Below, piece after piece: positions 19,495 to 28,500 of a DNA stretch of 64,000 bases. Made by a program: the position numbers and the translations under genes. The stretch spans positions 4,729,801-4,793,800 of the forward strand of contig NZ_JQMQ01000005.1 of the NCBI RefSeq assembly GCF_000744815.1, read 5' to 3'. The DNA is from Phaeacidiphilus oryzae TH49 (lineage in GTDB: Bacteria > Actinomycetota > Actinomycetes > Streptomycetales > Streptomycetaceae). Position 1 is the first letter of the stretch. Each line of letters starts with the position of its first letter. The notes under the pieces are model-generated. The model worked only from the letters and a program-made list of their open reading frames with translations. It searched no databases and was not told the DNA's origin.

Positions 19495-19815
19495 GCGGCG
19501 GCGGCCACCGCCGCGGCCAGCGCCGCCGTCAGTCCGCTCCGTCCGGTCCGCACAGGTACCCGTACCAACTGACCCATGGGGTCAGGCTGCTCCGGGCGGC
19601 CGTCCCGGGCCGCGGAACACGCCTGGGCGGGACCTCCACGTAGCCCGGACGGCCGAGGACTGAGGAGGTCGAATCAGGGTACGTGCAGTCTGCAATCAAC
19701 CGTCTCGAGAGGACTGACGCGCTGTCATATCGACGCAAGGTGTACGCCCCGACGGCGTTCTGCTGCCCCGTCAGCCCTCTCCGACCCGACCCCCCAGGAA
19801 GGACCGGACCCCCAG

Positions 19816-21267
19816 ATGACGTCCGCAGCTCCGCCGTCGCCCAGCCAACCCGCGCCTGCCACCGGTAGACCCGCCGACCCCCGCCGCTTCCTCCGCCGGC
19901 TCACCCTGGCCACCGGCGGCGGGATGTTCATCGACGGCTTCGTCTTCGCCTCGGTGGCCTCGGCGCTCGCCGGCAGCGCGATGTCCCGGCAGATCGGCGT
20001 CACCCTCACCTGGTCGACGCTGATCTCCTCGTCCACCCTGATCGGCACCTTCTTCGGCGGGCTCTTCCTCGGCTATCTGACCGACCGCCTCGGCCGCCGC
20101 CCGATGTTCACCATCGACCTGTCGGTCTTCCTCGCCTGCGCGCTGCTCATGCTGGCGGTGGACGCCCCCTGGCAGGTGATGGTGCTGGGCCTGGTGATGG
20201 GCCTCGCCGTCGGCGCCGACTACTCGATCGGCTCCCCGCTGCTCGCCGAGTTCTCCCCGCGCGCCAAACGCGGCAACTACCTCGGCGTCCTGGAGATCCT
20301 CTGGAACGTCGGGTACGTGGTGGCCTACCTGGTCGGTTACGTGATCAACAGCAACTGGCCGAACGCCTGGCACATCACCCTCGCGGCCAGCGCCGTACCG
20401 GCGGTGGCCTGCCTGGTGCTGCGGCACGGACTGCCCGAGTCGCCGCGCTGGCTGATGTCCAAGGGCCGCCGGGAGGACGCGGAGCGGGTCCTCGCCGAGT
20501 CGCTCGCCGTCCGCTCCGGCGCCGGCTCCGCGGACCCGGCGAGTGCCGCGATCGCCCGCGACCTCGCCGTGGAGGCCGCCGACATCCAGGCCGAGGAGGC
20601 CGCGCCCACCCGGTACGCGATGCTCTTCTCCCGGGACTACCTGCTGCGGACGGTCTTCGCGTCCACCTTCTGGATCTGCATCGTCCTGCCGTACTTCGCG
20701 CTGACCTTCTTCCAGCCGACCGTCCTCACCGCGATAGGCCTGGGCAGCTCCGCGCTGGCCGGCGCGCTCCTCGGCACGGTCATCGCGCTGGTCGGCGCCT
20801 GCACCGGATGGTGGCTGGTGGACCGGGTCGGCCGCCGGACCATCCTGGTCTGGCCGATGTTCGGCTGCGCGCTGGCGCTCTTCCTGGTGGCCCTGGGGCA
20901 TCTGCTGCCGGTCTGGCTGGGGACCGTCTGCTTCTTCGGCTACCTCTTCTCCTACGGGATCATGAGCATCCTGCCGGGGATCTATCCGGAGGAGGTCTTC
21001 CCGACCCCGATCCGGACCTCCGGCGTCGGCTTCGCCTCGGCCGCCAGCCGGATCGGCGCCGCCATCGGCACCTTCCTGCTGCCGCTCTCCCTCGACCATC
21101 TCGGCCTCGGCTGGTCGATGTTCATCATGGGCGTGGTCTCGCTGGTCGGCGGGGTCACCGCGATCGCCTGGGCGCCGGAGACCAACGGCAGGCTGCTGAG
21201 CGACACCGGCCACCGGCGGAACCGCGGCCGCGAGGCGGTCGTCCACGCCGCGGCGACCACCGGCTAG
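19816..21267 (+). CDS. MFS transporter (sugar porter / metabolite:H+ symporter-like)
   Basis: 12 transmembrane segments, GYLTDRLGRRP (MFS motif A) and PESPRWL (sugar-transporter motif). RBS GGAAGGACCGGA precedes the ATG at 19816. Confidence 0.85.
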   Translation: MTSAAPPSPSQPAPATGRPADPRRFLRRLTLATGGGMFIDGFVFASVASALAGSAMSRQIGVTLTWSTLISSSTLIGTFFGGLFLGYLTDRLGRRPMFTIDLSVFLACALLMLAVDAPWQVMVLGLVMGLAVGADYSIGSPLLAEFSPRAKRGNYLGVLEILWNVGYVVAYLVGYVINSNWPNAWHITLAASAVPAVACLVLRHGLPESPRWLMSKGRREDAERVLAESLAVRSGAGSADPASAAIARDLAVEAADIQAEEAAPTRYAMLFSRDYLLRTVFASTFWICIVLPYFALTFFQPTVLTAIGLGSSALAGALLGTVIALVGACTGWWLVDRVGRRTILVWPMFGCALALFLVALGHLLPVWLGTVCFFGYLFSYGIMSILPGIYPEEVFPTPIRTSGVGFASAASRIGAAIGTFLLPLSLDHLGLGWSMFIMGVVSLVGGVTAIAWAPETNGRLLSDTGHRRNRGREAVVHAAATTG

Positions 21268-21462
21268 CGCGACGTCCCCCGACGCGACGGGGGCGCTGTC
21301 CGTCACCGGGACCCGGCGGAGGATTTCGTCGCGACTTCCCATCCCTGTCCTGCGTGTGTTATTGACCTGTACACGCGCTGCGGTGAGGATGTGTCCATAT
21401 GACGTGGATGCGACAGTTGAGAGTCCCGACATCCCAGCGCCCCCAGCGCCGCAGGCGCGCCC

Positions 21463-23988
21463 ATGGCACCCCCGGAGACGGGGGAGGCGGCCGTGGCTGA
21501 GTTCTCCCGGCGCCGTTTCCTCAAGCGCGCCGCGGGCACCGGCGCCGCGGCGGCCGCCGCGGCCCTGCTGCCGCCCAACCTCCGGCAGGCGGTCGCCGCC
21601 GAGCCGGCCCGCCGACTCGGCTCCCTCGACGAGATCGAGCACGTGGTGATCCTGATGCAGGAGAACCGCTCGTTCGACCACTACTTCGGCACCATGCCGG
21701 GGGTCCGCGGGTTCGACGACCCGAACGCGGTCCAGCTCTCCACCGGCCGCTCGGTCTTCTACCAGCCCGACCCGGAGAACCCGGACGGCTACCTCCTCCC
21801 GTTCCACCTCGACACCCGCACCACCAGCGCGCAGGCGATCCCCTCGACCAGCCACGCCTGGTCGGTCCAGCACTCCGCGGTGAACGGCGGACGGATGGAC
21901 AACTGGGTCCCCGCCCACCGCAAGGCGGACGGCGAGGCCCGCGGCCCCTACACGATGGGCTACTACGAGCGGGACGACATCCCCTTCCACTGGGCGCTGG
22001 CCGAGGCCTTCACCCTCTGCGACGGCTACCACTGCTCCCTGCTCGGCCCGACCTGGCCCAACCGGCTCTACCACTGGACCGGCACCATCGACCCGAGCGG
22101 CACCATGGGCGGCCCGGTGACCAGCAACACCATCCCGTCCCCGTTCCGCTGGACCACCTATCCCGAGCGGCTGACCGCGGCCGGCGTCTCCTGGCACGTC
22201 TACCAGCAGGAGGACGACTACGGCTGCAACCCGCTCGAGTTCTTCGCCAACTTCCAGAACGCCGAGCCCGGTTCGGCCCTCCACGAGCACGGCCTGACCA
22301 TCGGCCCGGCCGACCGCTTCGAGCAGGACGCCCTCAACGGCCGCCTGCCCACCGTCTCCTGGATCATTCCGACCTCCGGCCAGTCCGAGCACCCGGACTA
22401 CCTGCCGGCCTCCGGCGCCGACTTCCTGGCCCGGCAGCTGGACGCCGTGGCCGCCAACCGCGACCTGTGGCGGAAGACCGTCTTCATCCTCAACTACGAC
22501 GAGAACGACGGCCTCTTCGACCACGTGGTCCCGCCACTGCCGCCGGCCGGCACCCCGGACGAGTTCGTCGGCGGCCTGCCGATCGGCGCCGGGGTGCGGG
22601 TGCCGTGCGTCATCGTCTCGCCGTGGACCCGGGGCGGGCTGGTCGCCACCGAGAACTTCGACCACACCTCGGTGCTGCGCTTCCTGGAAAGGCTGACCGG
22701 CGTCCAGGAGACCAACATCAGCGCCTGGCGCCGCTCCACCTTCGGCGACCTCACCTCGGCCTTCGGCCTCCCGGGCGGCGGTTCGGACGGCTCCTTCCCG
22801 CAACTCCCGGAGACCAAGGGCGAGCTGCGGCTGGCCGAGTACGAGGTGGCGACACTGCCGCCGGCCACCTTCCCCGGCGCCGACCAGACGCCGCCGCACC
22901 AGGGCAGCGTGAGCAGCCGCAGTGCGAGCCCCTCCGCGATTCCGTCCGCCCCCGAGCGCTACCCCGGCAGCAGCCACTGGTTCCGCAACCGGATCGCCGA
23001 GGACCCGACGGCCCGTCAGAAGAAGGCCACCGAGTTCCCGGGACCGGCCGTCCGGGTCCCCACCGCCGCCCCCGCGGGCGCCGGCCGGCTGGCCTACGCG
23101 GCCTGCCCGGCGGGGAGCATCCTCGCCATGGTCGACACGGCCACCAGGACCCTGGTCGCCGCCTCCTACAGCGGAGTCACCAACCCCTACGGCGTCGCCG
23201 CCCTGCCGGACGGCGGCAAGCTCTACATCGCCAACTCGGGGGAGAGCGACGTCGCGGTCTACGACACCGCCAAGCGGGCGGTGACCTCCTCCGTCACGGT
23301 GGGCCTCTACCCCCACGGCGTCGCCGTGTCGCCGGACGGCGGGCTGGTCTATGTGGCCAACACCGGCTCGGACACCGGGCCCGGCTCCTCGAACAGCCTC
23401 TCCGTCATCGACACCGGCTCCGACGAGGTCGCGGACACCTGGCGGGTCGGCACCTCCCCGCACACCGTCGCCCCCCTCCCGGACGGCCGTTCGCTCCTCG
23501 TCACCTGCTACGACGGCCTGGTCGTGGTGGACGCCGAGAGCGGCCGGGTGCGCGGCCGGCTGCCCGACCAGTCCCGGGCCGTCGGCGTCTCCGTCCACCC
23601 CGACGGCCGCCGCGCCTACGTGGCCAACCCCTCCCGGAACACCGTCTCGGTGATCGACCTGGCGGCCGGCCGGACGGTCTCCCGTATCCCCGTCGGCCGC
23701 ACCCCGTGGCGGACGGCGGTGACCGGGGACGGCAGCCGGGTGCTGGTCACCAACTCCGGCGAGGACACGGTCACCGCGCTGGACGCGGCCACCGGCCGGG
23801 TCCTGGGCCGGGCGGCCGTCCACCACATCCCGACCGGCCTCTCCATCGACCCGGTGACCGGGCTCGCCTGGGTCGCCACCAACGTCTCCAGCACCCTCGA
23901 CGTCATCGACCCGGCGACCATGCGGGTGCTGTCCAGCACCCTGATCGCGCTCTCCGCCGAACCGGCCACCATCGCCTTCGCGCCCTGA
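21463..23988 (+). CDS. Tat-secreted phospholipase C (phosphoesterase family, PlcN-like) fused to a C-terminal YVTN-type beta-propeller repeat region
   Basis: Tat signal SRRRFLKRAAG; phosphoesterase core (VVILMQENRSFDHYFGT...NYDENDG). The C-terminal 330 aa or so carry roughly 40-residue YVTN-like repeats (YGVAALPDGGKLYIANSGESDVAVYD..., GVAVSPDGGLVYVANTGSD..., SVHPDGRRAYVANPSRNTVSVID...). Confidence 0.85.
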   Translation: MAPPETGEAAVAEFSRRRFLKRAAGTGAAAAAAALLPPNLRQAVAAEPARRLGSLDEIEHVVILMQENRSFDHYFGTMPGVRGFDDPNAVQLSTGRSVFYQPDPENPDGYLLPFHLDTRTTSAQAIPSTSHAWSVQHSAVNGGRMDNWVPAHRKADGEARGPYTMGYYERDDIPFHWALAEAFTLCDGYHCSLLGPTWPNRLYHWTGTIDPSGTMGGPVTSNTIPSPFRWTTYPERLTAAGVSWHVYQQEDDYGCNPLEFFANFQNAEPGSALHEHGLTIGPADRFEQDALNGRLPTVSWIIPTSGQSEHPDYLPASGADFLARQLDAVAANRDLWRKTVFILNYDENDGLFDHVVPPLPPAGTPDEFVGGLPIGAGVRVPCVIVSPWTRGGLVATENFDHTSVLRFLERLTGVQETNISAWRRSTFGDLTSAFGLPGGGSDGSFPQLPETKGELRLAEYEVATLPPATFPGADQTPPHQGSVSSRSASPSAIPSAPERYPGSSHWFRNRIAEDPTARQKKATEFPGPAVRVPTAAPAGAGRLAYAACPAGSILAMVDTATRTLVAASYSGVTNPYGVAALPDGGKLYIANSGESDVAVYDTAKRAVTSSVTVGLYPHGVAVSPDGGLVYVANTGSDTGPGSSNSLSVIDTGSDEVADTWRVGTSPHTVAPLPDGRSLLVTCYDGLVVVDAESGRVRGRLPDQSRAVGVSVHPDGRRAYVANPSRNTVSVIDLAAGRTVSRIPVGRTPWRTAVTGDGSRVLVTNSGEDTVTALDAATGRVLGRAAVHHIPTGLSIDPVTGLAWVATNVSSTLDVIDPATMRVLSSTLIALSAEPATIAFAP

Positions 23989-23998
23989 CCGGCCCGGC

Positions 23999-24745
23999 TC
24001 AGTCCCGCAGCAGGCCGCCCAGCACCCCGCCCAGGCCGCCGGCCTCGACCGCCTCCCGCTCGCCACCGAGCGGGAGGTACGGCACCAGGGCGTGCGCCAG
24101 GTTCGGCAGCGGCATGGACTGGAGCCAGATGTCGCCGGGCCCGGTGAGCGCGACCAGGTAGTAGCCGTCGCCGCCGAAGAGGCGGTTGGTCACGCCCGGC
24201 ACCCGGGTCATGGTGAACCGCACCCGCTCCTCGAACATCCCGATGTGCCCCGGGTGGACGAGCATCGTCCGCCCGGCCGGGAGCTGGTAGTGGCACAGCT
24301 CTCCGGAGAGCTCGATCCAGGCCCGGCCGCTGCCCTCCAGCCGCTGGAGGAGGAAGCCGTCCCCGCCCCACAGCCCCCCGCGGAAGCTCTGCTGCAGCCC
24401 GACCGTCGGCGTCACCCCGGGGGTGCCGGCCAGCCAGCCGTGCCGGTGCACCAGGTAGCCGCGGTCCCGGTCGACGTCGACCGGCACGATGTGGCCGGGC
24501 ACCTTCGAGGCGAAGGCGACCATCCCCGGGCCGCCCTCGGGCTGGTAGCGGGTGAGGAACAGCCCCCCGCCGCCGGCCAGCCGCTTCAGCGTCCGCAGCA
24601 GGCCGCCGCCAGCCTGGGCGGACTGGCTCATCGTCATGTTCTCGGACATCCAGGAGAGCTCGCCGTGCGGCGTGACCAGGCTCTCCCCGACGTTCATGGT
24701 GACTTCGAGCACCGGCATGGTGCTCCCCTTGACCACGGCTTCCAT
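23999..24745 (-). CDS. AIM24 family protein (TIGR00266 / DUF124)
   Basis: N-terminus PVLEVTMNVGESLVTPHGELSWMSENMTMS matches the AIM24-family N-terminal pattern, and the protein is Gly-rich and mostly beta in character. Confidence 0.75.
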   Translation of the reverse strand: MEAVVKGSTMPVLEVTMNVGESLVTPHGELSWMSENMTMSQSAQAGGGLLRTLKRLAGGGGLFLTRYQPEGGPGMVAFASKVPGHIVPVDVDRDRGYLVHRHGWLAGTPGVTPTVGLQQSFRGGLWGGDGFLLQRLEGSGRAWIELSGELCHYQLPAGRTMLVHPGHIGMFEERVRFTMTRVPGVTNRLFGGDGYYLVALTGPGDIWLQSMPLPNLAHALVPYLPLGGEREAVEAGGLGGVLGGLLRD

Positions 24746-24889
24746 CGCCGCCCCCTTCGCCTACCCGTGGGTATGGACGCAGCTCCCGGGCCCGCCGTTC
24801 CCGGTCGGCGGGGGTTTGATCGCGCGCGGCCGGGCTAGGCGCGCTGCCGGGAACCATCGAGGCCCACCCCCGACCTACCGAAGGGTGGA

Positions 24890-25462
24890 GTGACCGTGAG
24901 CACCGAACTCCAGAACAAGACCATCGCCTTCCTCGTCGCGCCCGAAGGAGTGGAGCAGGTCGAACTGACCGATCCCTGGCAGGCCGTCCACGACGCGGGC
25001 GGGACGCCGCGCCTCCTCTCCACGGGCGCCGAACGCGTCCAGGCCTTCAACCATCTGGACAAGGCGGACACCTTCCCGGTCCACCAGCAGGTCGCGGACG
25101 CCGACCCGGCCGACTACGACGCGCTGGTCCTGCCCGGCGGCGTGGCCAACCCCGACTTCCTGCGGACCGACTCCGACGCGGTGGCCTTCACCAAGGCCTT
25201 CTTCGACGCCCGCAAGCCGGTCGCGGCGATCTGCCACGGCCCGTGGACCCTGGTCGAGGCCGGCGTGGTCCGCGACCGCACGCTGACCTCCTGGCCGAGC
25301 CTGCGCACCGACATCGAGAACGCCAGCGGCCACTGGGTCGACGAGGAGGTCTTCGTCTGCCCCGGCGGGCCCAACGTGCTGATCACCAGCCGCAAGCCGG
25401 ACGACCTGCCGGCCTTCGACAAGGCCCTGATCACCGAGTTCGCCAAGGGCCCGAAGGGCTGA
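24890..25462 (+). CDS. DJ-1/PfpI family protein (type-1 glutamine amidotransferase-like)
   Basis: IAFLVAPEGVEQVEL, nucleophile-elbow Cys (AAICHGPW) and VVRDRTLTSWPS are DJ-1/PfpI signatures. Confidence 0.85.
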   Translation: MTVSTELQNKTIAFLVAPEGVEQVELTDPWQAVHDAGGTPRLLSTGAERVQAFNHLDKADTFPVHQQVADADPADYDALVLPGGVANPDFLRTDSDAVAFTKAFFDARKPVAAICHGPWTLVEAGVVRDRTLTSWPSLRTDIENASGHWVDEEVFVCPGGPNVLITSRKPDDLPAFDKALITEFAKGPKG

Positions 25463-25540
25463 CCGGGCGGCCCGCCTGACCGGGCGCCCCTCCTGACCGG
25501 GCGCGCCCCCTCCTCACCGGCCTCCCCTCCCCGCCGCGGA

Positions 25541-28500
25541 TCAGCGCGGGTGCCGTGGGGCGTGCGACTCGCGCTCCGCGGTACGGAGGATGGCGGATTC
25601 GATGGCCGCGGCCCGGTCGGCCAGGAGGGAGAGGGCGGCCGCCGCGCGATGGGCGGGATCGGCCTCCGGGCCGCCGCCCGCGCCGGTGAGCGCGCGGGCC
25701 CGGACGTGGGCGGCCCGGATCTCCTTGAGACGGACGCCCTCCTCCGGGGTCAGGGCGCCGCGCAGTTCGGCCAGGCGCAGGAGGTTGAACTCCGCGCCGG
25801 TGGCGAGAGTCTGGGCGGCGGCCGTGTAGTGGTCGTCGACGACCGCCGCGGCCTCGGCCGGGTTCATGGCGGGGTCCAGGCGGGCGGCGACGGCGTTCAT
25901 GTCCCGATAGGAGCCCTGGAGGAGGAACGGCGGCTCCGTGCGGGTCTCCGGCGACTGCGCGGCCGAGGCGATGTAGGCGGCGTTGACCGCCAGCACCGTG
26001 TCCCGGGCTGCCAGCAGATGGCGCAGGACGCTCTCGATCCGGGCCAGGTCGGCGGGCGGGCAGGCGGCCCGGAGGGGCTCCCGGCGGGCGGCGGGATCGC
26101 CGGCGGCGAGGCGGAGGAGAGTGGTCAGGTCCGACCGGTCGAAGGCGGCCGCGGGAGCCAGGACCGGGTTGGCGGCCAGGGCGTTCTCGATGAAGCTGAG
26201 CGAGAAGGCGTCCTCGCGGCCGGAGAGGACCTCGCCCAGGTTCCAGACGTCGGCGCGGCTGGCCAGCATGTCGGGGATGCGGAAGCGGCCGCCGGACTCG
26301 GTGTACGGGTTGGCGGTCATCCACACCGCGAAGCGCTTGCCGCGCAGGTCGTAGCGGCGGGCCGCGCCGTTCCACACCCCCTCGACGCCGCGCTGCGCGT
26401 CGCACAGCGGGATGAAGCGCTGCAGCAGCTCGGGGGAGGCGTGCTGGACGTCGTCGAGGTGCAGAAGCACGTTGCCGCCCGCGGCCAGCGCGAAGTTGAC
26501 CTTCTCGATCTCGCGGCGAGCGGCCGCGTCCGGGGCCCGGGCCGGATCGAGGGAGGTCGTGCCCTCGCCGAGGGCCGGCCCGTCCACCCGGACCAGCAGC
26601 AGGCCGAGGCGGTCGGCGACGTAGTCGATCAGGCTGGTCTTGCCGTAGCCGGGCGGCGACACGAGGAGGAGCAGGCCCTGCTGGGCGACGCGCGGGCCCT
26701 CGGCCGTACCGAGCTGGCGGGCCAGGCTGTCCCCGACGAGGGGCAGGTACACCTCCTCGATCAGGCGGTTGCGGACGAAGCCGGCACTGACCCGCGGACG
26801 GTGCTCGTCCAGGCGCAGCTGGGCTCGGGCGGCGGCGACCAGGTCGGCACGGCGGTGCTGGTAGGCGCGGAAGGCCGGGACCTCGACGGCCTCGAACCTG
26901 GCCGTGCGGTCGAGGAGTTCGTCCAGGCGGACCTCCAGCCGGCCGTGGTCGATGCGCGGGTGGCTGCCGCGGAGGCCCTCCACCGTGTGGGAGAGCGGGG
27001 CCTCGACCAGGCGACGGGGGAGTCCGGGGGTGAGCTCGGCGGCGACGGCTTCGGCGATCGAGGCCGGGACGGCGTCGAGAGCCGAGTCGGCCTCGGTGGA
27101 GGCGGCGCTCGCGTCGGCGTAGGCGCTGAGCCAGGTCTCGACGAGCTGGCGGCGGGCGGGGAGGTCGTCGGCGAGGGAGGAGAGGGCGTCCGGGTAGGAG
27201 GCCCGCGCGTCCTCGCTCATGGCGCGGTGGAAGCCGTCCAGGAAGGTGCGGGCGCCGGCGCTGAGGGCGAAGTCGTCGGGGGTCTCGGTCAGCTCCTCGA
27301 AGAGGTACTCGGCGGCGGCGGGCGAGGAGCCGTCCCCCGGCGTGAACTCCTCGATGGCGCGGGCGAGTTCGGCGCACCAGGCGGCGATCCCGGCGGCACC
27401 GCCCGGCGTCGGGCCGAAGTCGGCGCGGGCCCGGGACAGGGAGGCGGCGCGCAGGGCCCAGACGGCGCGCGACTCGGGGGTCGCGCCGTGCGCCCAGAAG
27501 AGCTGGGCGGAGGCCCGCGCCCGCGCGGGGAAGCGCAGCACGCCCGCCCCGGCGCGGAGCCGCAGGAGGGCGGCGAGGATGAGCGCGGCGTCGTGGTCGT
27601 GCACACCCTGCTCGTAGCCCTCGTCGTAGGCGGATCGGGCGGCGGCGGAGGCGAGTTCGGTGAGTTCGACGAGGTCGTCCGGATCGGAGCCGAGGGCGTT
27701 GGAGCCGAGCGCGTCCGGGCCGTTGTCGCGTAGCAGGCGGGCGGCCAGGTACTCGGCACGGTAGACGGCCGGTGACTCCGAGGGGAGCGTGCGGCCCCAG
27801 CAGTCGCAGGTGCTGAGGAAGTCCGGGTCGGTGACGGGCTCGCGGTAGTCGGTGCCGGTGACGGCGAGGTCCAGGCCTCCGTCGGCGCCCGGGACCAGGG
27901 CGAGGTCGAACGGCTGGGTGGTGACGGTGAAGCGGCGCCGGCCCAGGCGGACCACGCGGCCGCCCTCCGTGTACAGATCGGCGCGGTCGCGCAGGGCACG
28001 GGCGGCCGCCTGCCCGGCCTCGGCCAGCCGGCCTTCCAACTCCTCGGCGCGCAGCGGCTCGTCGAGCCCGCGCAGGTCGGCCGCCGCCCTGCGGATCCGG
28101 GCCACCACCGGGTCGGTGGCGAAGTAGGCGGCGGCCGCGGTGGCGTCCGGCAGCGCGGAGACCCGGAGGCCGACCGTCCGCAGCGCCTGCTCGGCGGCGC
28201 GGAGCAGCCGCTCGGCCCGGCGGGCGCGCTCGTCCAGCAGGTTCTGGCGGCGGGCCGCGAAGGCGTCGGTGATCTCCGCGCGCAGTTCCGCGGTACGGGC
28301 CAGGGCCTCCTCGGAGGCGCCGAAGCGGGACTCCAGGTCCTCCAGCCGGAAGAGCAGGCGTGCCGACTGCTCCTCGCACGCGGCGGGGGTCCCCGCGGAG
28401 GCGAGGGCGGTCGCGGTGGTCTGGCGCAGCAGGGCGAGTTCGGCCGCGGACTCGGCCCGGCTCTCGTCCTCGCCGAGCTCGGCCAGGCGCGCAGCGAGCG

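Noticed and set aside
19771-24066. 1431-aa minus-strand ORF antisense to the MFS and phospholipase C genes
   Set aside because: Same high-GC antisense artefact; the sense-strand genes have clear family signatures.
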